A stretch of 64,000 nucleotides of DNA, taken from assembly GCA_965644265.1 (NCBI GenBank), contig OZ286463.1, positions 81,406,001 to 81,470,000 of the forward strand, given 5' to 3'. The stretch comes from Glycera tridactyla (Eukaryota). A program made the position numbers and the translations under genes. Below the pieces are notes generated by a model. The model was not told where the DNA came from and searched no databases. It saw only the letters and a list, made by a program, of their open reading frames with translations. Positions within the stretch are counted from its first letter, which is position 1. Each line of letters opens with the position of its first letter. Shown here piece by piece: positions 39,076 to 51,900 of the stretch.

Positions 39076-42000
39076 TCAATACGATCCTATAACCTTCGAA
39101 TCCTAATGCTCGGAAGGATGTTGTTGCTGCAGGTTATCCGTGTAGTGTGCCATCTGGTGGAATATGGTTACTTGGTGCCGAGTGAAATGATGAGGCTGCA
39201 TAACATTTTCATGGATCTGCTAGATGGCACCACAGACCTGCCATTCGCCGTCCACCATACGACAACGAGATTCTTTAGTGAGTATAGCAAACAAACCAGC
39301 CAGGTGACTGTTGTTACCTAGTCATTTTGGTTTTAGCTGATTTCTAGTTCAATCTCATTGTGACTAACAGTCATTGTCTCTGTACTCAGTTACCGTACAT
39401 ATGTCCCAATTTTGTGTGACTCTTCTATTCCCAACAAAAAAGCAAATAAAGATGGATTTGTAAATCCCAAGTCACCACAAGCCATCAACATCGAATTTGT
39501 ACTCAGCCGGTGAACTGTTGCTCCATTTCCCTTGATGACTTGGGAAGAGCAGTCCAGACCATGTGGACTCTTTGTACCAATTGCTTTACGCAATTGCGTG
39601 AACGTTTACCAAACTAGAGCTATTGAAATTTAGCATAATGATTACCCAGGTGTGGCATGGATGCAGGGTGGCGGTTGGGTGCCATTGGTTTCTGGGAATG
39701 TTCAAAAAGTCAAAGTTCGAATAAAGACTAGCGACTTTCAATGGCAGTGAATGCGAACCAATACAGCACAGTTCAATGTTTGTTCTCTGGACACTGTCCA
39801 TGGAGGGCACCACGGTCTCTTCTAATGTCGACTATGTAGATGGTAGTGGCTTGTTGATAAAAAAGATTCAGAAGCAGAACGGGCCAATAAGGACGTATTT
39901 CAGTGATGTGAGATATTTTGTTATACATCAAACCTGAAATCGATCAAATGTCTCACTGACCCGTGAAACCCTTCCTACCATACAGGTTCTCCAATCAGAT
40001 GCATTGAAGAATACCGTAGAGTTGACCGATTTCTGAAGTCGGAAGAGACGGACATCATTGTTGCAGCCAAATGCCAGTAAGTAATCATCATGGAAAGCAC
40101 CTCAGAAATACGATATTTGTCGACAGTGCATGAGTGAGCATTTTCCGAGCTCTGCTGCCAGGCTTGAGTGTCAGTTTCCAGCTAGTCAACGTTTGTTATG
40201 CCAACAATCGATTCGTCAAATATTTCTTCGACCTGTAGAAGACAGGGACATACGTCAGGGACATACGTCGTACATAAACCCAGGGAGTAAGAATATAATG
40301 TAATGTGTCTTGGAACACAGGAGGAAAATGATATGGATTAGTATGAATTTCAAAGATATATGACCTATCCAGTAGCAAAGTCGGGTCTCACAAGATTTGG
40401 TCTAGATTCAATAATGCGCACTCTCTATATGGAATATTTTCAGGAGGAATAATTCCACGTTTTCTATAACTACTTGATCCACTGGCGATCCATTAAGGCT
40501 TTTTGACGCTTCATAATCGTTATTCAGAGAATGCATAATCACACATCTCCCTTCCCCACCTTGTATAGATACAAATACATCATTAGCCTATTTAACATTC
40601 ACTGCTTATCATGAATGTACACACATAAGAACATCCATCCGTCACGTGAATACTTTCTCTGCCACGATATTGTAACCATAGCTACGCAATACTACTAAGG
40701 TATGGTATATACTCCATTAGCCAAATTATTTAAATACAAAGTTGCAACATATAATCGACTATCGGTACTATTGTGCTGATGTTGAAAGAGCAGCAACAGC
40801 AGTGATTGTAGATCAAGATTCATGACATCACGCACGGCTAATGACGCACGGAGATAGGCATGCTAGTAGTGTCCTCAGAAGCAGGAGTTCCACTACTATC
40901 GCTTTTCTGCAGGGCATTTGCCATCCTCATTGAAAAGACACGATAGGTGCTCTTTTCTACAGTTCGATGATTTGAAATTGTACGTATGTGGGAAATACAA
41001 TGATACATTCGTGTTGATTACCAGCTCCACATGCAGTTGAGAGGGGGGGGGGGGGGGGGCTGCTAGTCGACATGTACAATCATGATATCATTTTGCAATT
41101 GAAGGGTCTGAGTCCGGTCTGCTAACAATGCTACATTATCTCTTATATATCTATATATCAGCCCATTCCCTAGACAGATTGACCTATAGTACACATCAAC
41201 AGGGTTTGTTCCTCAATTCTAGAAATTGGATGCTGCCCTTAAACATACTTCCTCTTATCTATTCATCAAAGGGAATCCGATTTTGTGTTACGCGATATGA
41301 CATGGGTCTGAATGGCTGCCAATTTTGATATTTTCTATAGGGCGATGGAATTTCTAGGCTACTCGCAAGATGTCATGATGAACTTCATCGGAGAGGTGAG
41401 CGAACTACTCAACATCATCGCTTGATCTCCACATATTTTGGTGTCGAGAATTGACACTTGGCGGAGCCCATCCCAGTGTGAGCTAGTAAACACCGGTTTA
41501 AACTCACGAACCGGCATGAGCCGGTTCCGCCGGTTCGTACCGGGAGTAAATCAAGATTTGATAAACTAAGAAATTTTATTGATGAATATTAAGAAAGGGG
41601 AATCTTATTGTAGGTATATATTTCATGAAGATTTTTCCAACAGCTGGTAATACAGCAGGGGTAAACAAGCACTCTTTCCCTGTCCAACTGAACCAGTAGA
41701 TACACCATATCTGACGAGGGAACCTAGTGAGAACCCATCCATTCCCATTGCACAGGAGTCTCTATATTGCCGGAATGGTGCTGATGAGGCCGAGAAAAAT
41801 TTATTGCCTCACCATTCAACATCGGACGTGCCTCGAATCTTGAGTGCTTCCTTGTTACTATTCAGAGAAGCGATATCTCCAGAGTCAGTCGCTTTGCTGC
41901 GATGACGTATCGATCTCGTCAGATGTTTGTACCTCGTATGTTAGAAAGTATGTAACCTCGTCTGTCGCGCTGAACATGTAAATAAAGATATGTTATGTTA

Positions 42001-42915
42001 TGTTATGTTATGTTATGTGAGACGTCACTGAACCTCATCAGAATTGAATGTGAGATTGGTTAGTTGGTTGTGCTTTGACGTCACGTCAGCTCCATTAGTG
42101 CTATATTGTGACGCGCAAGGAATGGGCCTGGGTGAGTTCATTTAGGACAACTCCTTCTGGGTCGCCAATAGAAGAAGAACATATATCAAATTCACTGTGC
42201 TTTTTTGCTTTGTAGCAAATATGTGCCAAATTCAAAGAAGTGAACGAAGGCACAGAAAGTGGATTCCTCTACAGACTGGAATCTCCGATGTTTAACGTCC
42301 TCGAAAAGATGACATGCAGAAGGTAAACTGTTGAATGATTCAAATTATACTTCATCGTTCCCTGTAAAATGATTCATCATTATCTCAGTGTATGTTGCAT
42401 TACTTTATGACTACTGTGATTGATTCCGGCAGCCTGATGCCATGGAATTTTTGAACAAACACTAACCTTTCCCGACAATACGTAGCTCAAACATATCCTC
42501 CCTAATTATGGATTGCTTCTAGTCATTTCTGCCCTGAATACTTTTAATACGCCCTTTACAATGTGCCATCTACTAATAACTCCAAAGCAGACTTGGCGTT
42601 TGTATGAAAAGTCTGTTCCCAATCCGTTCGATGTTTCCCAGACTTCGATGTTTTCTCCGACTCGATTTGGGATATATGAGATAGTTCAGGGTCAGATATG
42701 ACCACATGTCTGTACATGCTATCCCCACACTACGTACGTACCGTATTGCTACATCACAGTGATGTATTTCTGTTCAGTTGCAGCCTGTTCAAGAGTCCAA
42801 CAAGAGTGCGCTATCTTGTGAATCATCTGATCAAAATAGTGTTTTCGAGCAAATCGGATACAACCATCTCTGTTCTAAAGGTGATTATTGCGATCATCAT
42901 TGATTACAAATGTTT

Positions 42916-42947
<32 letters not shown>

Positions 42948-45900
42948 GTCAAACAGACGCACGGACGGGTGGATGGACAGGCAGACAGATAGACAAACCG
43001 ATAGATCGACAGACAGGCAGACATACATACAGGCATACAAGTGGACANNNNNNNNNNNNNNNNNNNNNNNNNNNNNNNNNNNNNNNNNNNNNNNNNNNNN
43101 NNNNNNNNNNNNNNNNNNNNNNNNNNNNNNNNNNNNNNNNNNNNNNNNNNNNNNNNNNNNNNNNNNNNNNNNNNNNNNNNNNNNNNNNNGGATCAATTGT
43201 TGGACTGAGGAATGAATGAATGGGTGGATGTATGGATGAATGAAAGGATGGATGGATAGACAGATGGGTGGATGGCTGCATGATGCATGCATAGATGTAC
43301 GGGTGCATGGATGAAGTGATGGATGCAGGGAGTTTCAGCTCTACGGATAGACGAACACATTAGTCGGTGGGAGGGTTGGTCATTATCCCATTAGGTATCC
43401 AATCTCGAGGTATTAACCGACAAATGAATGTATCAATGGGTAGACGTATGAATGTTGTGGAGCGCCATCACCGATGAGATATCGTCTTGAGAAGAGTTGT
43501 CTGTTGCAGGACCTGACGCGATACGAATATGACTTCATGACGTCACACTCACTCATCCTCATACATAATCTTCTCAACATCAAACCAGAACTTGTCAATC
43601 TGCTGAAGAATTCACAGGTAAGGGGGGTCAGTAGTGTTTGTGTGATACATTTTCAATGCAAGTCTGAGCTTTGGCATTTACTACATTTCGAGGTCCCCTG
43701 TTCCCTGTTAACAAGAGAGGTATGTGTGGTGTGTGGGGATGGGGAATATTTGTTTGTTCGTTTAAGTTTAACGTCTTTTCAACCTTCTTGGTTCATGTCT
43801 GACCGGAAGACTAAAAATGCTGAAGAAGAGAACCACTACTGCCGGGGGCTGTCCTCACTCTTTGTGAAGAACAGCAGTGGTTCTTTCACGTGCATACGGG
43901 AAAAGTCTCCATATGCACCGTCAGCCATTGATCTTCCAGTCGGCATGCACTGGATTCTCACTTGGTCGCCTCTTACGACACATAGGGATACGCGGGGGCC
44001 CTATTCTTGTTCATTGGCATGACGAAGGTTCCAAAAACCTCACGGGGATGGGGAATATCAGAACATGCGTTTCCTGTTTACAGCTGTTGTTGACTCCAGC
44101 GTCGACGAAGATGTACCGCGATATCAGGACATACATGCCCCAGCTTCGACGTCTCCTCAACGTACAGCTGACACCAGACCAATACAGCACCATCTCACAC
44201 ATCCTCGACGCCTTCAAAGAGTGAGTTCATCAAGAGTTTAGAGCGGATGTGTACATATGCCTGCACAGATTTGTATAACATACAGGCCATATGCTATTGC
44301 TTCACAACCTCAACTTTAAGTTTTCGCTATGACATCAAAATCTTTTGCCATTAAATCCATCGTATCCTTCGAAGTGGTAGCATATTTACATCACATCCGG
44401 AAGTGAAAAAGCTGTGGCTGCAACTAGCCATTAGATGAATGGCAACGTGAGAGGCATGAGGATGGCTAGCCTGTATGAAGTGGACACATGATTGATTCCA
44501 GATCAAAATTATATCACAAGGCTGCCCCCAAGGTACTGAAAATATCAAATGAGGCATGATCCTTTTGGATCTGAAAATATTGATCGGTGGTACGACTATT
44601 AGGAGTGACAAAAACAGTCACAATAGTACCCTTCTTCGACATACACATGCAGGCATAAGAGAGTAAGGTCCAATTCAATCACAGATGTAGGGTTGGGTCC
44701 TATCAAGATTAAACCTCTCACACAGAGAGAACCATATCAGCAGCGTCGGGAGACCAGAAACACTCTGACATTGCCACCTGGCTAAACCTCATCAATAGAA
44801 TAATTCGAATAGGTTTGTTTTGTTTTATAACATTGTCTTTATTCGTACTAAGCAGTTAGATACAGTATAGTATTCTTCTTCACTTAGAAGAAAACGTATA
44901 TACAAATATTCAAATACGATTCAATGATAATGAGATGATAATATACAAAATGTATGATCTGATGATGAGAGGAATGAGATGAGAAGATGATTTCTCCATA
45001 CCTCATTAGCATATATGGTTATGTATTTGTTGTGTCTATGGATTTCAGTTCTTCCAAGAATATTTTGAAAGGGGCAAGATCCATACCCCCCCCGTCTCAA
45101 GATACTTACTAATAAACAGATTGCACCCTTTGGCAGCTCAGTGTCTGAAACTCTTTTCTGTGATCGAACAACTTCAGTTTATTCACCTTGAGCAAAGCAC
45201 GCGAAGCAGAGCGAGTAGGGAGGCAATGCTCTATTGTGTCATATTGACAAATGGGTTTAGAGGTGAAATTTCCACTCAAAGATTTTTAACAAAAATGAGA
45301 TCGTGTTCTCTTCTTCTACCTGACAACCTTCGAACCCTTAGTTCATTATGCATCAAGTCATTGCTATATCTTTTCGGTGTGTACTTCAGAAGTCTGATAT
45401 GCTGAGCTGTGCACTTGAATGAAGTTCGAAACAAAACCAACCAGAGGGTGACGTTTAACGTCTGATCCGGTGATATGTTATACAACCAAGACCCCGCAGC
45501 GTGTGTTGCCTTGGTGTTACTTCTGAAACTCTATAAAATGTGTTGTCAATTCTCGTGAGATACTACCAATCCATAATGCGACAGATTGTCCTTGATCTCT
45601 CAAACCTATCTATCGGAATCCATCAGAATTACTCAAATAATGTGGTAAGGTCTTCCAAGCTGTGGGTGCATTTGTAGTCTCCGGGGATAGCCCTTCATCA
45701 TATTTTGTCAGAATTCTATAGATGAGTCGCTCATTGTTGTGCTATATATGGACACTTCGGAACTAAGAATGGATCACTGCTCTGCATTTACAGTTGCTGT
45801 CGACTTCCGTTCGATATGAGCCGGCCGCATGCACTAGGGCAGAACATTCTACGTAACGAAGGACTGATACCCTTGCTTGTCTCCATTGTTAACAGGAGCC

Positions 45901-48900
45901 ACGCCAGTAGTCAAGAAAAGGTTGGTCGCTTGTTGAAGGTATCGTGGGAACAATTCTGGTTTTATTGAGACTCCTGAGCAATGGGCATGAGTGGAGTTCA
46001 TTCATGGATCTTCCTACTGGGCTCCCTAATGATATGAAAGTAGAATGGACATTCACCACTGTGCTGCTTGAGAGCGTTGCGACTGGGGGATGCATTCTTT
46101 GTAATGCAAGGAATGAGAGGATCACAGGAAGTACATGTATAAGAGATAGTTGTCTGATTAAATCAATCCACAGATCATCCCGTTTTTGGTGCTGAAACAA
46201 GACAGCTTCATTGCAATAGTGCCATAACTGTTACAAAAAGTCCTCTCGTATCATCATGAGTAAGGCCTCATCAGATCACACGGTAGGATCACTAAGAGGA
46301 AAATGGTTGATTCATTCTACGTATCTTGCTGTTGTGGTGCAAATGAATTGTAGGTGGGTATACTTTGACTGAATGGAGTCAGTGGCCTTAGTGGCTGTAT
46401 GAATGGGAACGATTTCTAGTGATATGCTCCACCTCCGAGTAGGCTGACACAGTCTATTTGTTCTATAGGTAGAGTTATCCAAATGCCTGTCCTATAAGAG
46501 AGTGTCAGTTTGATGCAGAACAGCTTCATTGTATATATTGAATAGACTTTCATGCGTGGAGGTACAGGTGTTTGAGATTATCGATCCAGTAAATTCCCCA
46601 ATATGCGCCTTGCTGCTCTAGTTACAATACTACACAAGACCAATATCAAGACCAACAGAAAGAATGAGTATGGTTATTTTTTCTGTTGTAGAATGAGTGT
46701 ACAGATCAGACAGATTTGTGCCGGGACAGTCTGCAACTCCTTCGGCTAACGGCAAAAGAAAACCTGAAAGTACAAACTCAGATTTTCTCTCACATCGAAG
46801 ACCTTCTACGTGTCAAGACATGTCCGAGAGAACTAGCTAATGCGCTTTTGGAGGTGAGTGAATCTTTTGGGCAAGTAGTTCACTAGAATGCCATCTTGTC
46901 CATCAGATGGCAGAACATTGAATGATCCAAACGGGTTATCCATCTCATCCAACTTTGCACGAAAGCACTCTTACCTAGGAAATGCAGAATTTGATGTATA
47001 AAATGGTATAGATATTGATTCACCGGTCGAATGGTGGTGCTGGTGAGCCATTACCCATGCGTGACCCTCTGACCTCGAGTCATTTGTCCACCAACTCGTG
47101 AAGTGCATTCCGCCATGATTTTGACTTTTTATATATTCGATTCTTGCAGGTATTTCGATACAACGCGGATATGAGTTGGCGTATCAAGCCGGCCCACGTG
47201 AGATCTGTTGTGTCGATGATTGGTTCACACCAGGAGCGAGCCCCTGAGCTCATCTCACTTCTACGCTCTTTCATCATTGCCGATGAGCAGGGTACTCTCA
47301 TCAAACGCAACCAGGCGCTTGTCATACGATTCTTTCTGGAAGGATATCCCAGAGATGCTCATATATTCGAATACAACGCTGACAGGAGGTAAGTTCCCTT
47401 AATCAGGTATTTTCCCAACTTATTGCCAGATCTATTCACCAGTATGGTCATGGTCTCCTAGCTGATTGCTGAACCAATGCTCTGGATGGGCAGGCCTTCA
47501 TTTCATATCACGATATGACGATGATACATGATTGCCAATGAAGGGAATCACTGTATGTCTGTAATCGAATCTTATTGGTCAATATATCAATTTGATTTTC
47601 ACTGAAACGTGTAGCAGCAAAGAGCACGTGTCCAGTAACTGCATCGATGGGACTCAAATGTCGTAATAATACGTGAGTTTCACGATGTCACGTGGGTGTC
47701 ACGTTAGTGAATGATTGGTTGGTTCTGGTTCACCATCACTTCAGCGATATAAATGCTATGTTGTGACATCCATGCAGTCCGAATGGGTGGGATCATTCAC
47801 GACTCCTTCTTCTGGGTCCTAATAAGGTGAGAAGTCACGAGACACACAGATACTTAAGGTGTCATATCTGGTATCGGGATTGTTGACCAAAGTGCCACAC
47901 TGTGAATATGGCATTGATGTGAGTAATCCTCATGTCGCATCTTGCCAGGACCCAGTTTTGGGATAATGAGATGCCGTTCACAGAATATGGAGAGCCTAGC
48001 CTGAGTATGACAACTGTTATGATGCGAGAGTGCATTTGATTTACTGTCATATGGGCAATGATGATGGCCAACTATCCATGGTGATCTGTATATGTCATTT
48101 GTAATCATTACTATTGATATCCTTGTATGTGATGAAGTAGATCCAATGCATGCATAATTGACTCATGACAACTATTATAATGCGAGAGTGCATTTGATTT
48201 ACTGTTATATGGGCAATGATGATGGCCAACTATCCATGGTGATCTGTATATGACATTACTATTGATATCCTTGTGTGTTGTGAAGTAGATCCAATGCATG
48301 AATTGTGATGGCACACATAATTGACGTATGGTGTGCATGGCAAACCTGGTTGTGTCGATAATATGGATAGATTATCACACTGTCAGAAATGACGGCGATC
48401 TAGCCCTGTAGAGAATGAAATGCCGACAAGTGAATGCTGATGACAGTGCAGAAAAAGATTAGACATCCATGTCCCTGGTGTGTGGACTGGTCGGTTGACT
48501 GGTAGGAATCCAATGGCATTTATCTGGAATTGGGATTGGTGATCAGCAAAACCCTATGTGGTATTCCGCTGATCATTGAAGGCTGCCTACTCAGCCCGCT
48601 GCGGACATCAATCTGACTAACCCTAAACACAAGAAGATAGGGAATGACTAAACTGAAGGACCGACCTATTGATCGAATGATGGATGGCCTGATTGATTGA
48701 TCACTTTGCCGTTTGTTCGATCGACAAGTTGGTGAATCCTTTTACTGCTTCTGCCTCGTCATAAAAAATGGGTGAAATTTGCTAAATGTTCAAAAATTCA
48801 GTAGAGCACATGACAAGTCGACAAACTCCCTATTCTAAAGCTATCAACAGGCCAATCGATCAATCAACTACTACCAATGTCTATTAATAATGTATTCTTT

Positions 48901-51900
48901 GTTTGAAGGCGTGCGATACTGCAAGGGAAAGAAGGCAAAGACATGCTCGAGTATTTCTTGCACATTATGGATCTTCTGGTAGTGCTGCTACAGGAATCGA
49001 AAGGCGTCATCCAGTCCTTTTCTCAGAATGCCCTGACTATTTGGGAACTGTTCGACTTGCTCAGTCTTGCTGATGTGCCCGCCTTTCGAAAAATATCATT
49101 CATCAATTACCTTGTATCATGCTTCCTCAAGAAGGACGTCCTTGACCTGGATCGCAAGGTATCTCTGATGCATAACAAGTAGGTATATGAAAAATTCTCA
49201 TGATGCCATGTTCACTAAATTCCCAGTGACATCAGCGATCTCACGATCGTAACAGACAAATCCAAACCCTGGAGTCTCATTTCTGACAACAGTTCAACCA
49301 TAACCACTCTGGTGTCAGTTGCAGGGATATGACTTATTTTCACAAACTACCCAGAAATGACCGACGATGGCTCAAGACTCTATGTCAGTTCATTTTCGCC
49401 ATCAGGTGACGTCCCACTCAGGGACAGACTTCAAGTCTGCAAATCACAGAAGGTGTTGTCTTCTCATGAGAGGATTGGCAAGGTGTGTTGCAAGGCCCAA
49501 TTCTTTAACCACTACTGTCCATCGCACACAATAGTGGCCAACCGGAAATACCATTTGACAACCGATAATTTATGTATGTCGATGCTATAGCAATCAAGCG
49601 AAGAAATCCGCAATCAAGTACAAGAGAAATGATGATTACCCGAAGTGGGCGGAGACTTGCTCATCTTCAGAATATGTAATGTCCTGAAGGAATAGAAATA
49701 GTTGAATCAATTGAGTATTCAGGGATGTACATCGATCGGAGTTTCATTGCCAAGTAAGATGGATCTATAACTCCAATGTTTGTAGTGATATACTTCATGA
49801 TACTAGTGTCTTCAGATATCGAAATGATAAGCCTCAAAGGATATTCATAAGCGGAATCCTTGAAGCGATACTAATGGCTAACCATCGACAGTCCTGATCA
49901 GTGAGCCCCGAGTCATCATCACATGCATTTTCTCACCAAATTATCTAGCTTAAAATAGGCAAAGATAGGTCAGAAAATAGGGTCATTGTCATCGTCATCG
50001 TCATCGGACCTTTATGAATCATGCCTTAATAATGCCACGTCCTGGATTATCTTTTTGATATGGCATTCTCCCTTACTGATATTGGTATGTCTCATGGTTG
50101 TCCAGGATGGTACGAATTTCTGTATTAGTAGTGATAGTATTATATGATGTGACGAATATCTCTTTCTGACGGTGTCGTTACCCCTCTCTCTCTATGATTT
50201 AAATTAATGCCCTATCTGTGGTAGGCAGTAATCAGAACGGATATTGTATGATGATCTATCATTGAATATGTTTACCTGATGTGAGGTGTACATTGTATGT
50301 TCACATTTGTACATGATGATTCGTCTGCTCTTAAGGGACCGATATACTCACCGTGATTGTCCTGTCAAAGCAAAATAAAGTGTTTTTCAATTCAATTCAA
50401 TTCAATTCAATTCAATTCAAATGTTCCTCAAGACAGGTGGAGTGCCGTAAGTAACTTTGAGCAATGCAGGGCGAGGTGATATAAAGTCAGGTTTGGCACC
50501 TCAAGGATGGGGTAAACGCCGACTCCGAGTTGATAGTGAGACTTGATATTGATTGCTTATTCGTGTTCTGACGCTGATGTGGCATTCTATTTCAGCGCCC
50601 TCTGGGAGTACATGGAACAGCTATGTGAAGATGTAGACTGGTGTATCACCCAACTGTCTGGGAGACAACTTAGTTCCTGCTTCATGATGACACAGAAACA
50701 ATTGTGAGCAATCTTCTCCCTCTAGTATTCGAGAGAAAGTGTGGGAAGTAACAGTGCACCACAGGTGTGGAGCCGCAAAATGATGCCAAAACGCGTCATT
50801 TTATGGCTCTACGAAGGAATGAGTGTTATGCAGGGGTCTGGGCAGATGGGCGGGATGGCATCATGGCAGGAAATTGCGTGTATGGTTAGTCAGGATAGCA
50901 GACAGAATTTTGGTCAAGAGAGTGACATATCTGCAGACGGACAGACTGACAGACAGACGAACAGACAGACACCCAGACAGACATTAGACAGAAACAGACA
51001 AATATTCAGACATACAGACTTTGACAAATGGACAGACAGCCAGTTTCCAGGTGATAAACGGCTGCGGGAGATACATCCTCAACCTACAAAAAGGGATATT
51101 GCTCATAAGTCATGATTTTGGTACTTTCACATATAGGCAGAATAGGGCAATTCCTGTTAAAAGCCACGATCTGGCAATCCTATTATTTCAGGCAAGCTGC
51201 TGATCCCGATGACGAAGAGTCCACTGCGGCTGGGATTCTCCTCTATTTCATCGATGGCGCATGTAACTTCATCAAGGTGTGTAACAATAACAATAACAAT
51301 CTATCATTTCCGAGTCATAGGTCGATACAATGAAAATCAGAGTATGTTGGGTTCTGACATGATGATCACGTGACCCCAGCCCCTGACAGGCTTACAAGAC
51401 TCGGCAGCCTATACTGAGGAAATCAGCTGCAGATTGTTGTGATAATTGGTTAGTGTCGGTTAGTTATACGTATGTTGGGTCATCCCTCACTAAAGGGGGG
51501 GGGGGGCACTCTTCAGGAATTACATTCACAATATACATGGTAATTATTCACATAACTCTCAGTGAGTTGGATCACGACTTTCTCATTTCATGTTCTGGTG
51601 AGAAAATCATATATCCATTCGATCTATCAATCAATTAATCCATCAATCAACCTATCAATCGAGTATACTATTGTTTGATATCATGTTTTAATCAGCTCAT
51701 CAATCATTAAGTGGCCGGGAAGAGTTGTATATGTCTGCGTATGTCAGTCGCACACAGATGAGTTACGCCGTGTAGTTTTGTTAGCCGTAGCACCCGGACC
51801 ACCTACCCAGACATGTGCGGACCATTCCCAACTCAGTTTTCCTATAATTCAGAGATTCTGTCAACTCTACACAAAGGATGAAGACGGCGAGCCTGAGGAG

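Noticed and set aside
41485-41545. Cluster of (A)CCGG(TT) motifs resembling transposon subterminal repeats
   Set aside because: No matching opposite terminus or TSD found.
41773-41817. GAATGGTG-CTGATGA-GGCCGA-GAAA...CACCATTC, hammerhead-like
   Set aside because: Stem II has no G-C closing pair and the cleavage triplet would be CCU (no U16.1); it folds better as a simple bulged hairpin.
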